NCBI GenBank assembly: GCA_965242525.1
Contig: OZ251459.1
Coordinates: 1,984,001-2,048,000 of the forward strand
DNA length: 64,000 nucleotides
Direction of reading: 5' to 3'
Origin: an uncultured Candidatus Binatia bacterium
GTDB taxonomy: Bacteria > Desulfobacterota > Binatia > UBA9968 > JAJDTQ01
In this document: one piece after another, positions 10,071-19,743 of the stretch
How the letters are laid out: each line of letters starts with the position of its first letter
Position numbering within the stretch: the stretch's first letter is position 1
Position numbers and translations under genes: made by a program
Notes under the pieces: model-generated
Databases searched by the model: none
The model's input: only the letters and a program-made list of their open reading frames with translations
Told to the model about the DNA's origin: nothing

Positions 10071-11096
10071 ATGCCCTTCGAACTGCTTTCGGCCCGCGAC
10101 CGGTCCACCTGGACCGTCGCCGGCCCGGCCATACTGACTCCCCGGGAACGCCAGTCCGACCACGCCGCCGCGGCCATGGCCCGGACCCTGTTCGACCGCC
10201 CCCGCTGGCTGGAACCCCGCCACCTCTACGACGAACGGGGTTCGCTCCTGTTCGAGGAGATCTGCGAGTTGCCCGAGTACTACCCCACCCGCACCGAGGC
10301 GGCGATCCTCGAACGGGAGGCCGACGCGCTCCTGGACCTGGCGCCGGTGGACTGCATCGTGGAGCTCGGCGCGGGCTCCTCGCGGAAGACCGTCCACCTG
10401 CTCCGGGCGCTGCGCAAGAACCGCGGCCGCGGCGCCTTCGCCCCCGTGGACGTGAGCGCCACCGCGCTCATGGCCTCGAAACGCATGGCCGAGGAACTGT
10501 TCCCGGAACTGGCCTTCACCGGTCTCGAAGCCCGCTTCGAGGACGCCATCACGAGCATCACCCGGGACATCCCCAAGCTGGTGGTGTTCCTGGGCAGCAC
10601 CATCGGCAACTTCAGCCCCACCGACATGCTGCACTTCTTCACCCACCTCACCGACCACATGGGAGCGGAGGACTACCTCCTGCTGGGGGTGGACCGGATC
10701 AAGGACCCGGAGATCATCGAGCCTGCCTACGACGACCCCCGCGGCGTCACCGCGGCCTTCATCCTCAACGGCTTCGCCAACGTCAACCGCGTTGCCGGAG
10801 CCAACTTCCAGCCGGAGAAGATCGCCTACCGGAGCGGCTACGACCGCCGGCGGGAACAGGTGGAGATGTACGGGGTCAGCCGGGAGGACCACCGGGTCGA
10901 TTTCCCGCGATTGGGGGCCTCCTTCACGTGGAGGAAAGACGAGAGGATACTGGTGGAGACCAGCCGCAAGTTCGACCCGGACGACCTGGTCACGCAGCTC
11001 CGGTGCTTCGGACTCGAGAACCTGGGCCACTGGACCGACCCCGACCGGTGGTTCTCGCTGCTGCTCTTCCGCCCCGGCCCACGGGAGTCGTCATGA
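10071..11096 (+). CDS. egtD: L-histidine N-alpha-methyltransferase (EgtD, Methyltransf_33)
   Basis: LYDERGSLLFEEICELPEYYPTRTE, VELGAGSSRKT, FLGSTIGNF, AYDDPRGVTAAF, ETSRKF. Confidence 0.88.
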   Translation: MPFELLSARDRSTWTVAGPAILTPRERQSDHAAAAMARTLFDRPRWLEPRHLYDERGSLLFEEICELPEYYPTRTEAAILEREADALLDLAPVDCIVELGAGSSRKTVHLLRALRKNRGRGAFAPVDVSATALMASKRMAEELFPELAFTGLEARFEDAITSITRDIPKLVVFLGSTIGNFSPTDMLHFFTHLTDHMGAEDYLLLGVDRIKDPEIIEPAYDDPRGVTAAFILNGFANVNRVAGANFQPEKIAYRSGYDRRREQVEMYGVSREDHRVDFPRLGASFTWRKDERILVETSRKFDPDDLVTQLRCFGLENLGHWTDPDRWFSLLLFRPGPRESS

Positions 11097-12412
11097 AGAA
11101 GGTCCCCGACGCAGCGCCCGCATACGACCTCACGGACCCCCGGTTCTGGGACGAGAAGGACCTGCGCTCCGAGGTCGAGCGCGTCTTCCACCTCTGCTCC
11201 GAATGCCGGCTGTGCGTGAAGTTCTGCGGCAGCTTCCCGAAGCTGTTCGACGCCATCGACTCCTACTGCACCGAGGAAGAGTTCGCGGAGGTGGACTCCG
11301 GCAAGCTCGAGCCGGACGACGTGGACCAGGTGGTGGACCTCTGCTTCCAGTGCAAGCTCTGCAACATCAACTGCCCCTACACCCCGGGGGACCACGACTG
11401 GGCCATCGACTTCCCCCGGCTCATGGCGCGGGCCAAGGCCCAGCAGGTCAGGAAGCGCGGCGTCTCCCTCGCGGACCGGACCCTGGCCAGCCCGGACCTG
11501 GTGGGCAAGCTCGGCTCGGCTACCGCGCCCCTGGCCAACTGGGGAAACGAGAACCGGGTGCACCGCCTGTTCATGCAGGGGGCCCTGGGGATCCACAAGG
11601 ACAAGAAGCTGCCCCGGTTCGCCTGGAAGACCTTCGCCTCCCGGTACCGCTCCGAGGCCGGGGACCCGGTGGCGGAGCCCGCGGCCAGGGTCGCCTACTT
11701 CGCCACCTGTTTCGTCAACTACAACGAGCCGGGCATCGGCATGGACACCCTGGAGGTCATGGCCCGGAACCGGGTGGACGTGGCGTTGGCGTACCGGGAG
11801 TGCTGCGGCATGCCGTCCTGGCACAACGGCGACATGGACAAGGCCCGGGCCCAGGCGGAGAGGAACGTGGAGTTCCTGGCGCCGTTCGTGGCGGAAGGCC
11901 GGACCATCGTCGCCACCAACCCCACCTGCTCCTTGACCCTGCGGGACGAGTACCCGCGCATGCTGGGCACCGCGGCGGCCCGGGAAGTGGCGGAGCACAC
12001 CACCGACCCCATGGCGTTCCTCGCCTCGCTCCACGCGGAAGGCAAGCTCAACCGGGACTTCCGCACCGGTCCGGGCGCCGTCGCCTACCACATGCCGTGC
12101 CACCTGCGCGCGCAGCGGCTCGGCAACAAGACCGGCGCGCTGCTGTCGCTGCTGCCCGACACGGAGGTCACCGTGGTCCAGGCGTGCTCGGGGCACGACG
12201 GCACCTGGGCCATGAAGCGGGAGAACTTCGAAGCGTCCCTGCGATGGGGGAGGCAGGCGTTCGCGGGCATGGAGGCCGCGGACGCCCGGGTAGGCTGCTC
12301 GGACTGTCCCCTGGCCGCCATCCAGATCGAGCAGGCCACCGGAAAGCACCCGCTCAACCCCTTGCAGATCCTGGCCAGGAGCTACCGGGGGGAAGACGAC
12401 TGGGGTTCGTGA
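11093..12412 (+). CDS. Fe-S oxidoreductase, GlpC/HdrD-like (2x 4Fe-4S plus CCG domains)
   Basis: CSECRLCVKFC and CFQCKLCNINC ferredoxin motifs; ECCGMP, PTC, PCH, CSGHDG and DCP motifs; ATGA overlap with egtD. Confidence 0.8.
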   Translation: MKKVPDAAPAYDLTDPRFWDEKDLRSEVERVFHLCSECRLCVKFCGSFPKLFDAIDSYCTEEEFAEVDSGKLEPDDVDQVVDLCFQCKLCNINCPYTPGDHDWAIDFPRLMARAKAQQVRKRGVSLADRTLASPDLVGKLGSATAPLANWGNENRVHRLFMQGALGIHKDKKLPRFAWKTFASRYRSEAGDPVAEPAARVAYFATCFVNYNEPGIGMDTLEVMARNRVDVALAYRECCGMPSWHNGDMDKARAQAERNVEFLAPFVAEGRTIVATNPTCSLTLRDEYPRMLGTAAAREVAEHTTDPMAFLASLHAEGKLNRDFRTGPGAVAYHMPCHLRAQRLGNKTGALLSLLPDTEVTVVQACSGHDGTWAMKRENFEASLRWGRQAFAGMEAADARVGCSDCPLAAIQIEQATGKHPLNPLQILARSYRGEDDWGS

Positions 12413-12424
12413 CCTGCGACCGTG

Positions 12425-12557
12425 GGAACCGCTGGACCATCGAGATAACCAGGATGGATTCCCCTCGCCCTGACGCTCCCATTCCCGTTCGTCCTGAGCG
12501 TAGCGAAGCGGAGTCGAAGGACGCGCTCATGCCCCTTCCCGATGGTCCGGAGGCTCC
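12425..12557 (+). mobile_element. IS5-like MITE carrying the 42-bp REP, 4-bp TSD CGTG
   Basis: Ends GGAACCGCTGGACCATCG / CGATGGTCCGGAGGCTCC; CGTG at 12421-12424 and 12558-12561; REP at 12485-12526. Confidence 0.75.
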
Positions 12558-12661
12558 CGTGGATTGCAACTTGTGACGGACGTGTGGTTTATGGTGGAAG
12601 GTCCGGGCAGGAGTTGACCGGAGCGATACCCGATCCAGCGACCACGCGGAAAGGAGCGGAC

Positions 12662-13702
12662 ATGACGCGAGCAAGGAACTTGTGGATCACCGCGGCCCTG
12701 TGCCTCACCCTGGGGGCCTCCGACGCCCTGGGGGCGGACTCGGCCGAACTCGAGGCGCTGTACGAGGAAGCCAGGAAGGAAGGCAAGGTGCTCATGGCCG
12801 CGGGCATGCCCCCCAAGGCGCTCAAGGCCCTGCGCAACGGCTTCAACGACCGCTTCCCGGGAGTCAAGGCCAAGGTCATCGCTTCCACGGGATCCAACGC
12901 GGCCAGCCGCATCCTGACCGAGGCCAAGGTCGGCAACGCCACCATCGAGGTGGCCCAGACCACCACGGCTTCGGGCCAGCCCCTGCTGGACGCGGGCCTC
13001 GTGGCGAGCGTGGACTACGGCAAGACCTTCGGGGTGCCCCGGGAAGGCATCCTGTTCGGCAACCGTTTCGTGCCCTGGTTCGACCTGGTGTACGTCATGG
13101 CCTACAACACCAAGAAGCTCTCCCGGGACCAGGTGCCCACCACCTGGGAAGGGATGCTGGCGCCCGAGTGGAAGGGGCGAAAGCTCGTCCTCATCGCCCG
13201 GGGCCACCCGTTCCAGTACCTGCCCAAGGTCTGGGGCGAGGAAAAGGTCATGGACCTGGCGACGAAACTGAAAGCCCAGGAACCCATCATGACCCCCCGG
13301 GGCGGCGCCCAGGTCATCGAGGCCATCGTGTCCGGACAGGCGTTGATCGGCCCCATCCACCTGAACCGGGTGCTCACCGCCAAGCACCTCAAGAAGGCGC
13401 CCATCGACTACGTGTGGCTGGACGTGACCCCGGTGCTCCATTTCTACTCCTACGCGGTCAACAAGGTGGCCAACCCCAAGGCGGCGCAGCTCATGGCGGG
13501 ATGGCTGGCCACCCCGGAAGCCGGGAAGATCATGGAGGAGCACTCCTTCCGGGCGCTGACCAGCCTGGAGTCGCAGAGCGAGACCGGCAAGCTGCTGGCG
13601 GCGTCGAAGACCCGCACCGTGGCCACGGCCCTGGACGTGGAGACCGCCCGGAAGGAAAAGAAGTGGCAGAACCAGTTGCGTAAGATCTTCGTGGGCAAAT
13701 AA
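12662..13702 (+). CDS. ABC transporter substrate-binding protein (Fe3+/AfuA-like)
   Basis: Signal peptide, LYEEARKEGKV start, MAYNT...VPTTWEGML..EWKG; precedes a permease. Confidence 0.78.
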   Translation: MTRARNLWITAALCLTLGASDALGADSAELEALYEEARKEGKVLMAAGMPPKALKALRNGFNDRFPGVKAKVIASTGSNAASRILTEAKVGNATIEVAQTTTASGQPLLDAGLVASVDYGKTFGVPREGILFGNRFVPWFDLVYVMAYNTKKLSRDQVPTTWEGMLAPEWKGRKLVLIARGHPFQYLPKVWGEEKVMDLATKLKAQEPIMTPRGGAQVIEAIVSGQALIGPIHLNRVLTAKHLKKAPIDYVWLDVTPVLHFYSYAVNKVANPKAAQLMAGWLATPEAGKIMEEHSFRALTSLESQSETGKLLAASKTRTVATALDVETARKEKKWQNQLRKIFVGK

Positions 13703-13710
13703 CCCCTCGT

Positions 13711-15465
13711 ATGCCCCCGGACAACGCCGTCGCCGCCAAACCGTGGGGGTGGGAGACCATCGCCCCCCGGTTCAACGAACGCTCCCTGCTGTCGTGGGCC
13801 ACGCTGATCGTGGTGCTGTGGCTGGTGCTGGCCCCGGTGGTCATGGTGGCGGTGACCTCCTTCCAGGCCGAGCCCCTGGCCCACGTCGCCCGCTACACGG
13901 TCGCCAACTATCTGGAAGTCTATCTGGACCCCGGCACCTACGAGCTGCTGTCCAACACCCTGCTGTTCGGCGCCGGCGCCATCGCCGTGGGCTTCTTCTT
14001 CGCGTTCCCGCTGGCGTGGCTGGTGGAACGCACCAACACTCCGGGCCGACAACTCATGTACGGCCTCATCTTGGTCCCCATGGCCATACCGCCCATGATC
14101 TCGGCCCTGGGATGGGAGCGGCTGCTGGACCCGAAGATCGGCCTCGTCAACATGGTCCTGCGGGCGCTGACGGGCATGGAAGGCGAGGAAGGGCCGCTCG
14201 ACATCTTCACCCTGTCCGGCATGTCGTTCGTCATGGGCCTCTCCATGACGCCCACCGTGTTCCTGATCCTCGCCCCGTCCATCCGCAACCTCGACCCTTC
14301 CTTCGAGGACGCCAGCCTGGTCTCGGGCGCAAGCTGGTACGCCACCTTCCGCCGGGTCACCCTGCCCCTGGTCTATCCGGCCTTCTTCGCCGCGCTGATC
14401 TGGTTCTTCATCATCGCCATCGAGGCGTTCGAGATCCCCGGCGTCATCGGGCTCCAGGCCGGCATCCTGGTGTTCAGCACCAAGATATTCTGGGCCGTCC
14501 ATCCACCCACCGGCGACCTCCCGGACTACGGCATCGCCAGCGCCCTGGCCGCGCTGGTGCTGGTGCTGAGCGGCATACTCGTCTATCTCTACCTGAAGGT
14601 CCTGGGCACCGGCGAGAAATACACCACCATCACCGGCCGCGGCTACCGCCCCTCCATCATCGACCTGGGGAGATGGCGCTACGCCGGCGCCATGTTCTTC
14701 GCCGGATACATGGTCCTGGCCATCGTGCTGCCGGTCATCGTGCTCGCCTGGGGCAGCCTGCTGGCCTACTACCAGCCCCCTTCCTGGGAGCTGGTGGAGC
14801 AGTTGTCCCTGGAGAACTACTACACCACGTTCGACGACGAGGACTTCCTCGGCGCGTTCTGGAACACCGGCGTGGTGGTCTTCAGCGCGGCCACGGTCAC
14901 CGCGCTGGTCTGCACGGTGGCGGCGTGGATCGTGGTCCGCTTTCCGGGACGGCTGAGCTCCGTGCTCAACCTCGCCACCTTCACGCCCATCGCGGTCCCC
15001 TCGGTCATCATCGGCCTAGCCCTCATCCTCGTCTATCTGTCCGTGCCGGTGGGCATCTACGGCACCGTCTGGATCATCGCCGTGGCCCACATCACCCGCT
15101 ACCTGTCCTACGGCTCGCGCGCCATGATCGCCGCCCAGGTCCAGATCCACAAGGAGTTGGAGGAAGCCTCCTACACCTGCGGCGCTTCCTTCCGCATGAC
15201 CCTGAGGAAGGTCATCGTGCCGATCCTGCTGCCCGCCCTGGTGAGCCTGTGGTTGTGGGTCGCCCTGCACAGCATCCGGGAGCTGTCGGCCGCGGTGCTG
15301 CTGGCGTCGTCCAACAACACCGTCCTCAGCACCCTCATCTGGACCCAGTACCACGAAGGAGAGGTGGGCGTGGCCTACGCCCTTTCGGTGATCCTGATCG
15401 CGGTATCGTTCGTCATCGCCTTTGCCGGCCGGCGCCTCCTGAGCTGGCACGACCACCTGCGCTGA
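13711..15465 (+). CDS. ABC transporter permease (FbpB/ThiP-type, two BPD_transp_1 domains)
   Basis: LAWLVERTN, two EAA loops (FEDASLVSGAS, LEEASYTCGAS), many TM segments. Confidence 0.88.
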   Translation: MPPDNAVAAKPWGWETIAPRFNERSLLSWATLIVVLWLVLAPVVMVAVTSFQAEPLAHVARYTVANYLEVYLDPGTYELLSNTLLFGAGAIAVGFFFAFPLAWLVERTNTPGRQLMYGLILVPMAIPPMISALGWERLLDPKIGLVNMVLRALTGMEGEEGPLDIFTLSGMSFVMGLSMTPTVFLILAPSIRNLDPSFEDASLVSGASWYATFRRVTLPLVYPAFFAALIWFFIIAIEAFEIPGVIGLQAGILVFSTKIFWAVHPPTGDLPDYGIASALAALVLVLSGILVYLYLKVLGTGEKYTTITGRGYRPSIIDLGRWRYAGAMFFAGYMVLAIVLPVIVLAWGSLLAYYQPPSWELVEQLSLENYYTTFDDEDFLGAFWNTGVVVFSAATVTALVCTVAAWIVVRFPGRLSSVLNLATFTPIAVPSVIIGLALILVYLSVPVGIYGTVWIIAVAHITRYLSYGSRAMIAAQVQIHKELEEASYTCGASFRMTLRKVIVPILLPALVSLWLWVALHSIRELSAAVLLASSNNTVLSTLIWTQYHEGEVGVAYALSVILIAVSFVIAFAGRRLLSWHDHLR

Positions 15466-15501
15466 TCCCGCGCGCGAGGAACCCCACCGCGAGAGACGCC
15501 G

Positions 15502-17475
15502 ATGCACACGACCCTGGTCATCGAGGAACGCACGGACTTTGCCGGCGGCGCCGATTTCGGGGGCGTCGGGCCCTACGAACGGATCAAGGGACGGGTCCGG
15601 TTCGCCATCGACCCGAGCCTGGCCGCCAACGAGCCCATCGTCGATCTGCCGCTTGCGCCGGCCGACCACCGGGGGCTGGCGGCCTATTCCACGGAACTGT
15701 TCATCCTCAAGCCCAGGGACATGGGCCGGGGCAACCGCCGCCTGCTCTACGACGTGGTCAACCGCGGCAACAAGCGCGCGTTGCAGTTCTTCAACGACGC
15801 GCCGCCCGCCCACGACCCGCGCACCGCCCGGGACGCCGGCAACGGCTTCCTCATGCGGCAGGGCTACACGGTGGTCTGGTCCGGCTGGCAGGGCGACCTG
15901 CTTCCGGTGGAAGGGCGCATGACCATGGATCTGCCCACCGCGGGCCGCGCGGTCACGGGGACCGTCCGGGCCGAGTTCATCGTCGAGGATCCCGGGGTCA
16001 CCACCGTGCCGCTGGGGGGGCATGACTACATCCGGCCCTACGAGGCCGCGGCGCCGGACACCGGGGCCGCGGCGCTGACGCGCCGAGCGCGGGAGCAGGA
16101 CCCGCGCCAGCCCGTCCCGGCAAGCGACTGGCGCTTTGCCGCACCGGACGCCCACGGCAGGCTCGCGCCGTCGGCCGCCCATTGCCATGTGCCCGGGGGC
16201 TTCCGGCCCGGCTGGATCCACGAGTTGCTGTACACCGCCCGGGACCCGCTGGTGCTCGGTCTGGGTTTCGCCGGCGTGCGCGACCTCGTGGACTTCCTGC
16301 GCCATGCCGACGAGGACGCCGCGGGACGGGCCAACCCGCTGCGGGAGGGAGGGCGCGGGGTGGAGAAAGCCTACGCCTGGGGGCGCTCCCAGAGCGGCCG
16401 TTTCCTGCGGGAGTTCGTCTATCGCGGGTTCAACGCCTCCGACGCCGGCCGGCGGGTCTTCGACGCCGTGTTCCCGCACGTGGCCGGGGCCGGGCGGCTG
16501 GCCCTGAACTACCGCTTCGCGCAACCCGACCGCTACCCCCGCCAGCACGAAGACCACCTCTACCCGTCGGACGAGTTCCCGTTCGCCTATTGCCGCACCG
16601 AGGACCCTTTCACCAGGGAAGAGGACGCGATCCTGAAACGCCCGGACACCGACCCCCTCGTCATCCACACCCAGACCGCCACCGAGTACTGGCAGCGCCG
16701 GGGATCCCTGGTGCATACGGACGGGCGCGGCAACGACCTGCCGGAGCACGAGCGCGCCCGCATCTACCTGCTCTCCTGCCTCCAGCACAACGACGCGGCC
16801 GCGCCCCTGGAAGGCGGCGCGCCGAGATACCCACAGAACCCGCTGGCGGCCAACCCGGTGCTGCGCGCCCTGCTGCGCGCCCTGGACCAATGGGCCACCG
16901 AGGGCGCGCCACCCCCCGGCAGCCGAGTCCCACGGCGGTCCCACGGCGAACTCGTGACCGGAGACGCTTTTGGGCGCGCTTTCCCGCAACTGCCCGGAAG
17001 CGCCTGCCCAAGCCCCCACCGGCTGCGCCGCCTGGATTACGGAGCGGGTTTCGCCCGCGGCCTCATCTCGCAAGAGCCGCCGCTGGAAGAGGAGGCCCGG
17101 GAGTACCCGGTATTGACGCCGTCGGTGGACCCCGACGGCAACGAGGTCTCCGGCGTCCGGGTCCCGGAAGTGGCCGCGCCCCTCGCCACCTACGCGGGCT
17201 GGAACCTGCGCAAGGACTCCGAGACCCTGGCGGGCATCGTCGGCAGCGCCCTTCGCTTCGCCAACACCGCGGAAGAGCGCGCAGCGCAAGGGGATCCCCG
17301 GCCCTCCATCCGGGAGCGTTACCCGTCCAGGGAAGCGTACCTGGAGGCGGTCCGGGCCGCGGCCGCGGCCCTGGTGGAGCAGCGTCTCCTGCTGGCCGAG
17401 GACGTGGACCGCTGCGTAGCCGCGGCCGCGGGCCGCTGGGACGAATTGGCTGCGGCCCCTTACGGCAACCCCTGA
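15502..17475 (+). CDS. Alpha/beta-hydrolase domain protein (ABhydrolase_10-like)
   Basis: VVNRGNK, GWQGD, nucleophile elbow GRSQSGRFLR, TEYWQRRGSL, GDPRPSIRERY; the stop codon lies in the adjacent MITE end. Confidence 0.75.
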   Translation: MHTTLVIEERTDFAGGADFGGVGPYERIKGRVRFAIDPSLAANEPIVDLPLAPADHRGLAAYSTELFILKPRDMGRGNRRLLYDVVNRGNKRALQFFNDAPPAHDPRTARDAGNGFLMRQGYTVVWSGWQGDLLPVEGRMTMDLPTAGRAVTGTVRAEFIVEDPGVTTVPLGGHDYIRPYEAAAPDTGAAALTRRAREQDPRQPVPASDWRFAAPDAHGRLAPSAAHCHVPGGFRPGWIHELLYTARDPLVLGLGFAGVRDLVDFLRHADEDAAGRANPLREGGRGVEKAYAWGRSQSGRFLREFVYRGFNASDAGRRVFDAVFPHVAGAGRLALNYRFAQPDRYPRQHEDHLYPSDEFPFAYCRTEDPFTREEDAILKRPDTDPLVIHTQTATEYWQRRGSLVHTDGRGNDLPEHERARIYLLSCLQHNDAAAPLEGGAPRYPQNPLAANPVLRALLRALDQWATEGAPPPGSRVPRRSHGELVTGDAFGRAFPQLPGSACPSPHRLRRLDYGAGFARGLISQEPPLEEEAREYPVLTPSVDPDGNEVSGVRVPEVAAPLATYAGWNLRKDSETLAGIVGSALRFANTAEERAAQGDPRPSIRERYPSREAYLEAVRAAAAALVEQRLLLAEDVDRCVAAAAGRWDELAAAPYGNP

Positions 17476-17599
17476 ACAATCGGGACTTCCAGGACGGATT
17501 CCCTTACCCTGACACTCCTATCCCCGTTCGTCCTGAGCGTAGCGAAGCGGAGTCGAAGGACACGCTCATGCCCCTCTCTCCCAATTCAACAGCGGTTCC
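17465..17599 (+). mobile_element. Degenerate IS5-like MITE carrying the 42-bp REP
   Basis: Ends GCAACCCCTGAACAATCG / CAATTCAACAGCGGTTCC, internal GGATTCCCT and REP at 17524-17565; TSD not conserved. Confidence 0.65.
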
Positions 17600-17652
17600 T
17601 GCACGGGTTCGCCGCCGCGGCCACGAGCCCATAGCCCGGTCCCGCGGACGGC

Positions 17653-18435
17653 TCAGTCCATCAGGCCGTTGTCCCGCAGGAACTCCAGCACCAGGGCGTC
17701 GAACCCCGCAGGGTCCTCGATGCAGCACGCGTGGCCCGTGCCCGGCAGCACCTTGTGCACCGCGCCCCGGATCAACTCCGCGGTGCGCCGGCCGCCTTCC
17801 AGCGACAGGTCGTGCTCGCCGTTGACCACCAGCGTCGGGACCTTCATCTCCGACAGGCGCGGGGTCATGTCGGCGCCGGCCCGGGCGCGGAAGATCTGCG
17901 CGATGGACTCGCCGGACAGCCATGGGTTGCGCTCCAGGAAGAGGCCCAACAGGTATCGTCCGAGCTTCGTGTCCGCGAAACCCGGGGCCACCAGCTCCCG
18001 GATGTGCTTCTCGTGGTACGCGGCGGCGTCCTCCGTGTAGCCGCGGATCCGCTCCCCGGTGCGCGCGCCGCCCCCGCTGCTCCCGCCCACGAGGACCACC
18101 CCGCGGAACGTCTCCGGGTGGTCGAGGCCCAGCAGCAACGCGATGCCCGAGCCCACGCTGACGCCCCCCACCACGGCTTCGCCCACGCCTTCGGCCCGGC
18201 ACACCGCGAGCACGTCGTCCGCCATGTCCCGCAGGGAGAACGGCGTGACGGGCTTGTCGGACCGGCCGTAACCCCGGATGTCCAACGCGATGACCCGGAA
18301 CCACGTGGAAAAATGCGCCACCTGGTACAGGAGCAGGTTGTGGTCGAAAGGGTTGGCGTGCACCCACACGAAAGGCCGGCCCTCGCCGGAGACCTCGTAG
18401 TAGATGCGCACCCCATGGGAATCGGCGTAGGGCAT
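17653..18435 (-). CDS. Alpha/beta fold hydrolase (PcaD/MhpC-like)
   Basis: DIRGYGRS, GVSVG nucleophile elbow, GEHD, GTGH; ATG at 18435. Confidence 0.85.
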   Translation of the reverse strand: MPYADSHGVRIYYEVSGEGRPFVWVHANPFDHNLLLYQVAHFSTWFRVIALDIRGYGRSDKPVTPFSLRDMADDVLAVCRAEGVGEAVVGGVSVGSGIALLLGLDHPETFRGVVLVGGSSGGGARTGERIRGYTEDAAAYHEKHIRELVAPGFADTKLGRYLLGLFLERNPWLSGESIAQIFRARAGADMTPRLSEMKVPTLVVNGEHDLSLEGGRRTAELIRGAVHKVLPGTGHACCIEDPAGFDALVLEFLRDNGLMD

Positions 18436-18499
18436 GGAACACCTCACGGACGAAGGGGAGGATACTTGACCTTGACGGCAAATGGAAAGAGAATCCATG

Positions 18500-18526
18500 G
18501 GCTCTTCAGGATTTCGTGTGGGTAAG
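18500..18526 (+). mobile_element. Isolated ISL3-like terminal inverted repeat
   Basis: GGCTCTTCAGGATTTCGTGTGGGTAAG matches the end preceding the ISL3 transposase fragment at 59119. Confidence 0.65.
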
Positions 18527-18591
18527 CTCGAAAGGGTCGAGTTGCGTCTCGAACGGAGGCTCCGCTCGAAAGCGGACGACGGAGAAACAGG

Positions 18592-19740
18592 ATGGCCGGT
18601 AACCTGAAGCTTTCCCGTTTGCGCCTCAAGAACTGGAAGAACTTCCAGGACGTGGATGTCGCCATCGGGGACCGAATGTTTCTCGTCGGCCCCAACGCTT
18701 CGGGCAAGTCCAACCTGCTGGACGCCGTTCGGTTCTTGCACGAACTCGCGTCCTCGGGCGGTTTCGCAGAGGCTGTTCACCGTCGTGGCGGGATGAGCGC
18801 CCTTCGCTGTCTGGCGTCCCGGCGTCATGCGGACGTGGAGATCCACGTGGACCTGAAAGAAGGCAACACCGGCCGTCGATGGACCTATGAACTTTCCTGC
18901 CGTCAGGACAACCATCGTCGGCCCCTGGTGTGCAGGGAACGGGTGCTGCGAGATGCCGCCCCGATCATCGACCGACCGGACGAAGCGGACCGCAACGACG
19001 CCGACCGTCTCACCCAGACCTGCCTGGAGCAGGTAAACGTCAACCTGCCGTTCCGTGGATTGGCCAAGTTCTTTGCGTCCATCCGCTCCCTGTGCCTCGT
19101 GCCACAACTCGTCCGTCAGCCGGAACGGTCGGGAGGGCGGTCCAGCGATCCCTGCGGCAGCGATTTCCTCGATCAGGTAGCCAGGACGACGGAACGGACT
19201 CGGAGGGCGCGACTGGAACTGATCCAGAAAGCCCTTCGGGCCGCGGTCCCGCAACTCGAAGCCATCGCCTTGACGCACGACGGCAGGGGCCTGCCTCACC
19301 TGCAGGGCAGGTACGAACACTGGCGGTCACAGGGAACCTGGCAGACCGAGGAGCAGTTTTCGGACGGCACGCTGCGCCTCATGGGTCTCATCTGGGCAGC
19401 CCTGGAGAACGGGGGGCCGTTGTTGATCGAAGAGCCGGAGTTGTCGCTCCATCCCGACCTCGTGCGGCTGCTTCCCCAGATGTTGGCGCACGCACAACGT
19501 CGAACCGGAAGACAGATATTCCTGAGCACACACTCGCCGGAATTGCTGCGCGACGAGGGAATCGGCCTCGACGAAACCTTCCTTCTCCGTCCCGGAACCG
19601 GAGGAACCCAAGTGACTCCCGCGGCTTCGTTCCCCGACGCCCGCCAATTGCTAGCCGACGGCCTTTCGCTGGCCGACGTGGTGATCCCCAGGACACGGCC
19701 ACAGAACGCCGAGCAACTCGCCCTGCTCACGAAAGCGTAA
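18592..19740 (+). CDS. ABC/SMC-like ATPase (AAA_21 / AAA_15 type)
   Basis: KNWKNF, Walker A GPNASGKS, signature FSDGTLR, Walker B LLIEEPELSLHP, STHS. Confidence 0.88.
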   Translation: MAGNLKLSRLRLKNWKNFQDVDVAIGDRMFLVGPNASGKSNLLDAVRFLHELASSGGFAEAVHRRGGMSALRCLASRRHADVEIHVDLKEGNTGRRWTYELSCRQDNHRRPLVCRERVLRDAAPIIDRPDEADRNDADRLTQTCLEQVNVNLPFRGLAKFFASIRSLCLVPQLVRQPERSGGRSSDPCGSDFLDQVARTTERTRRARLELIQKALRAAVPQLEAIALTHDGRGLPHLQGRYEHWRSQGTWQTEEQFSDGTLRLMGLIWAALENGGPLLIEEPELSLHPDLVRLLPQMLAHAQRRTGRQIFLSTHSPELLRDEGIGLDETFLLRPGTGGTQVTPAASFPDARQLLADGLSLADVVIPRTRPQNAEQLALLTKA

Positions 19741-19743
19741 GGC

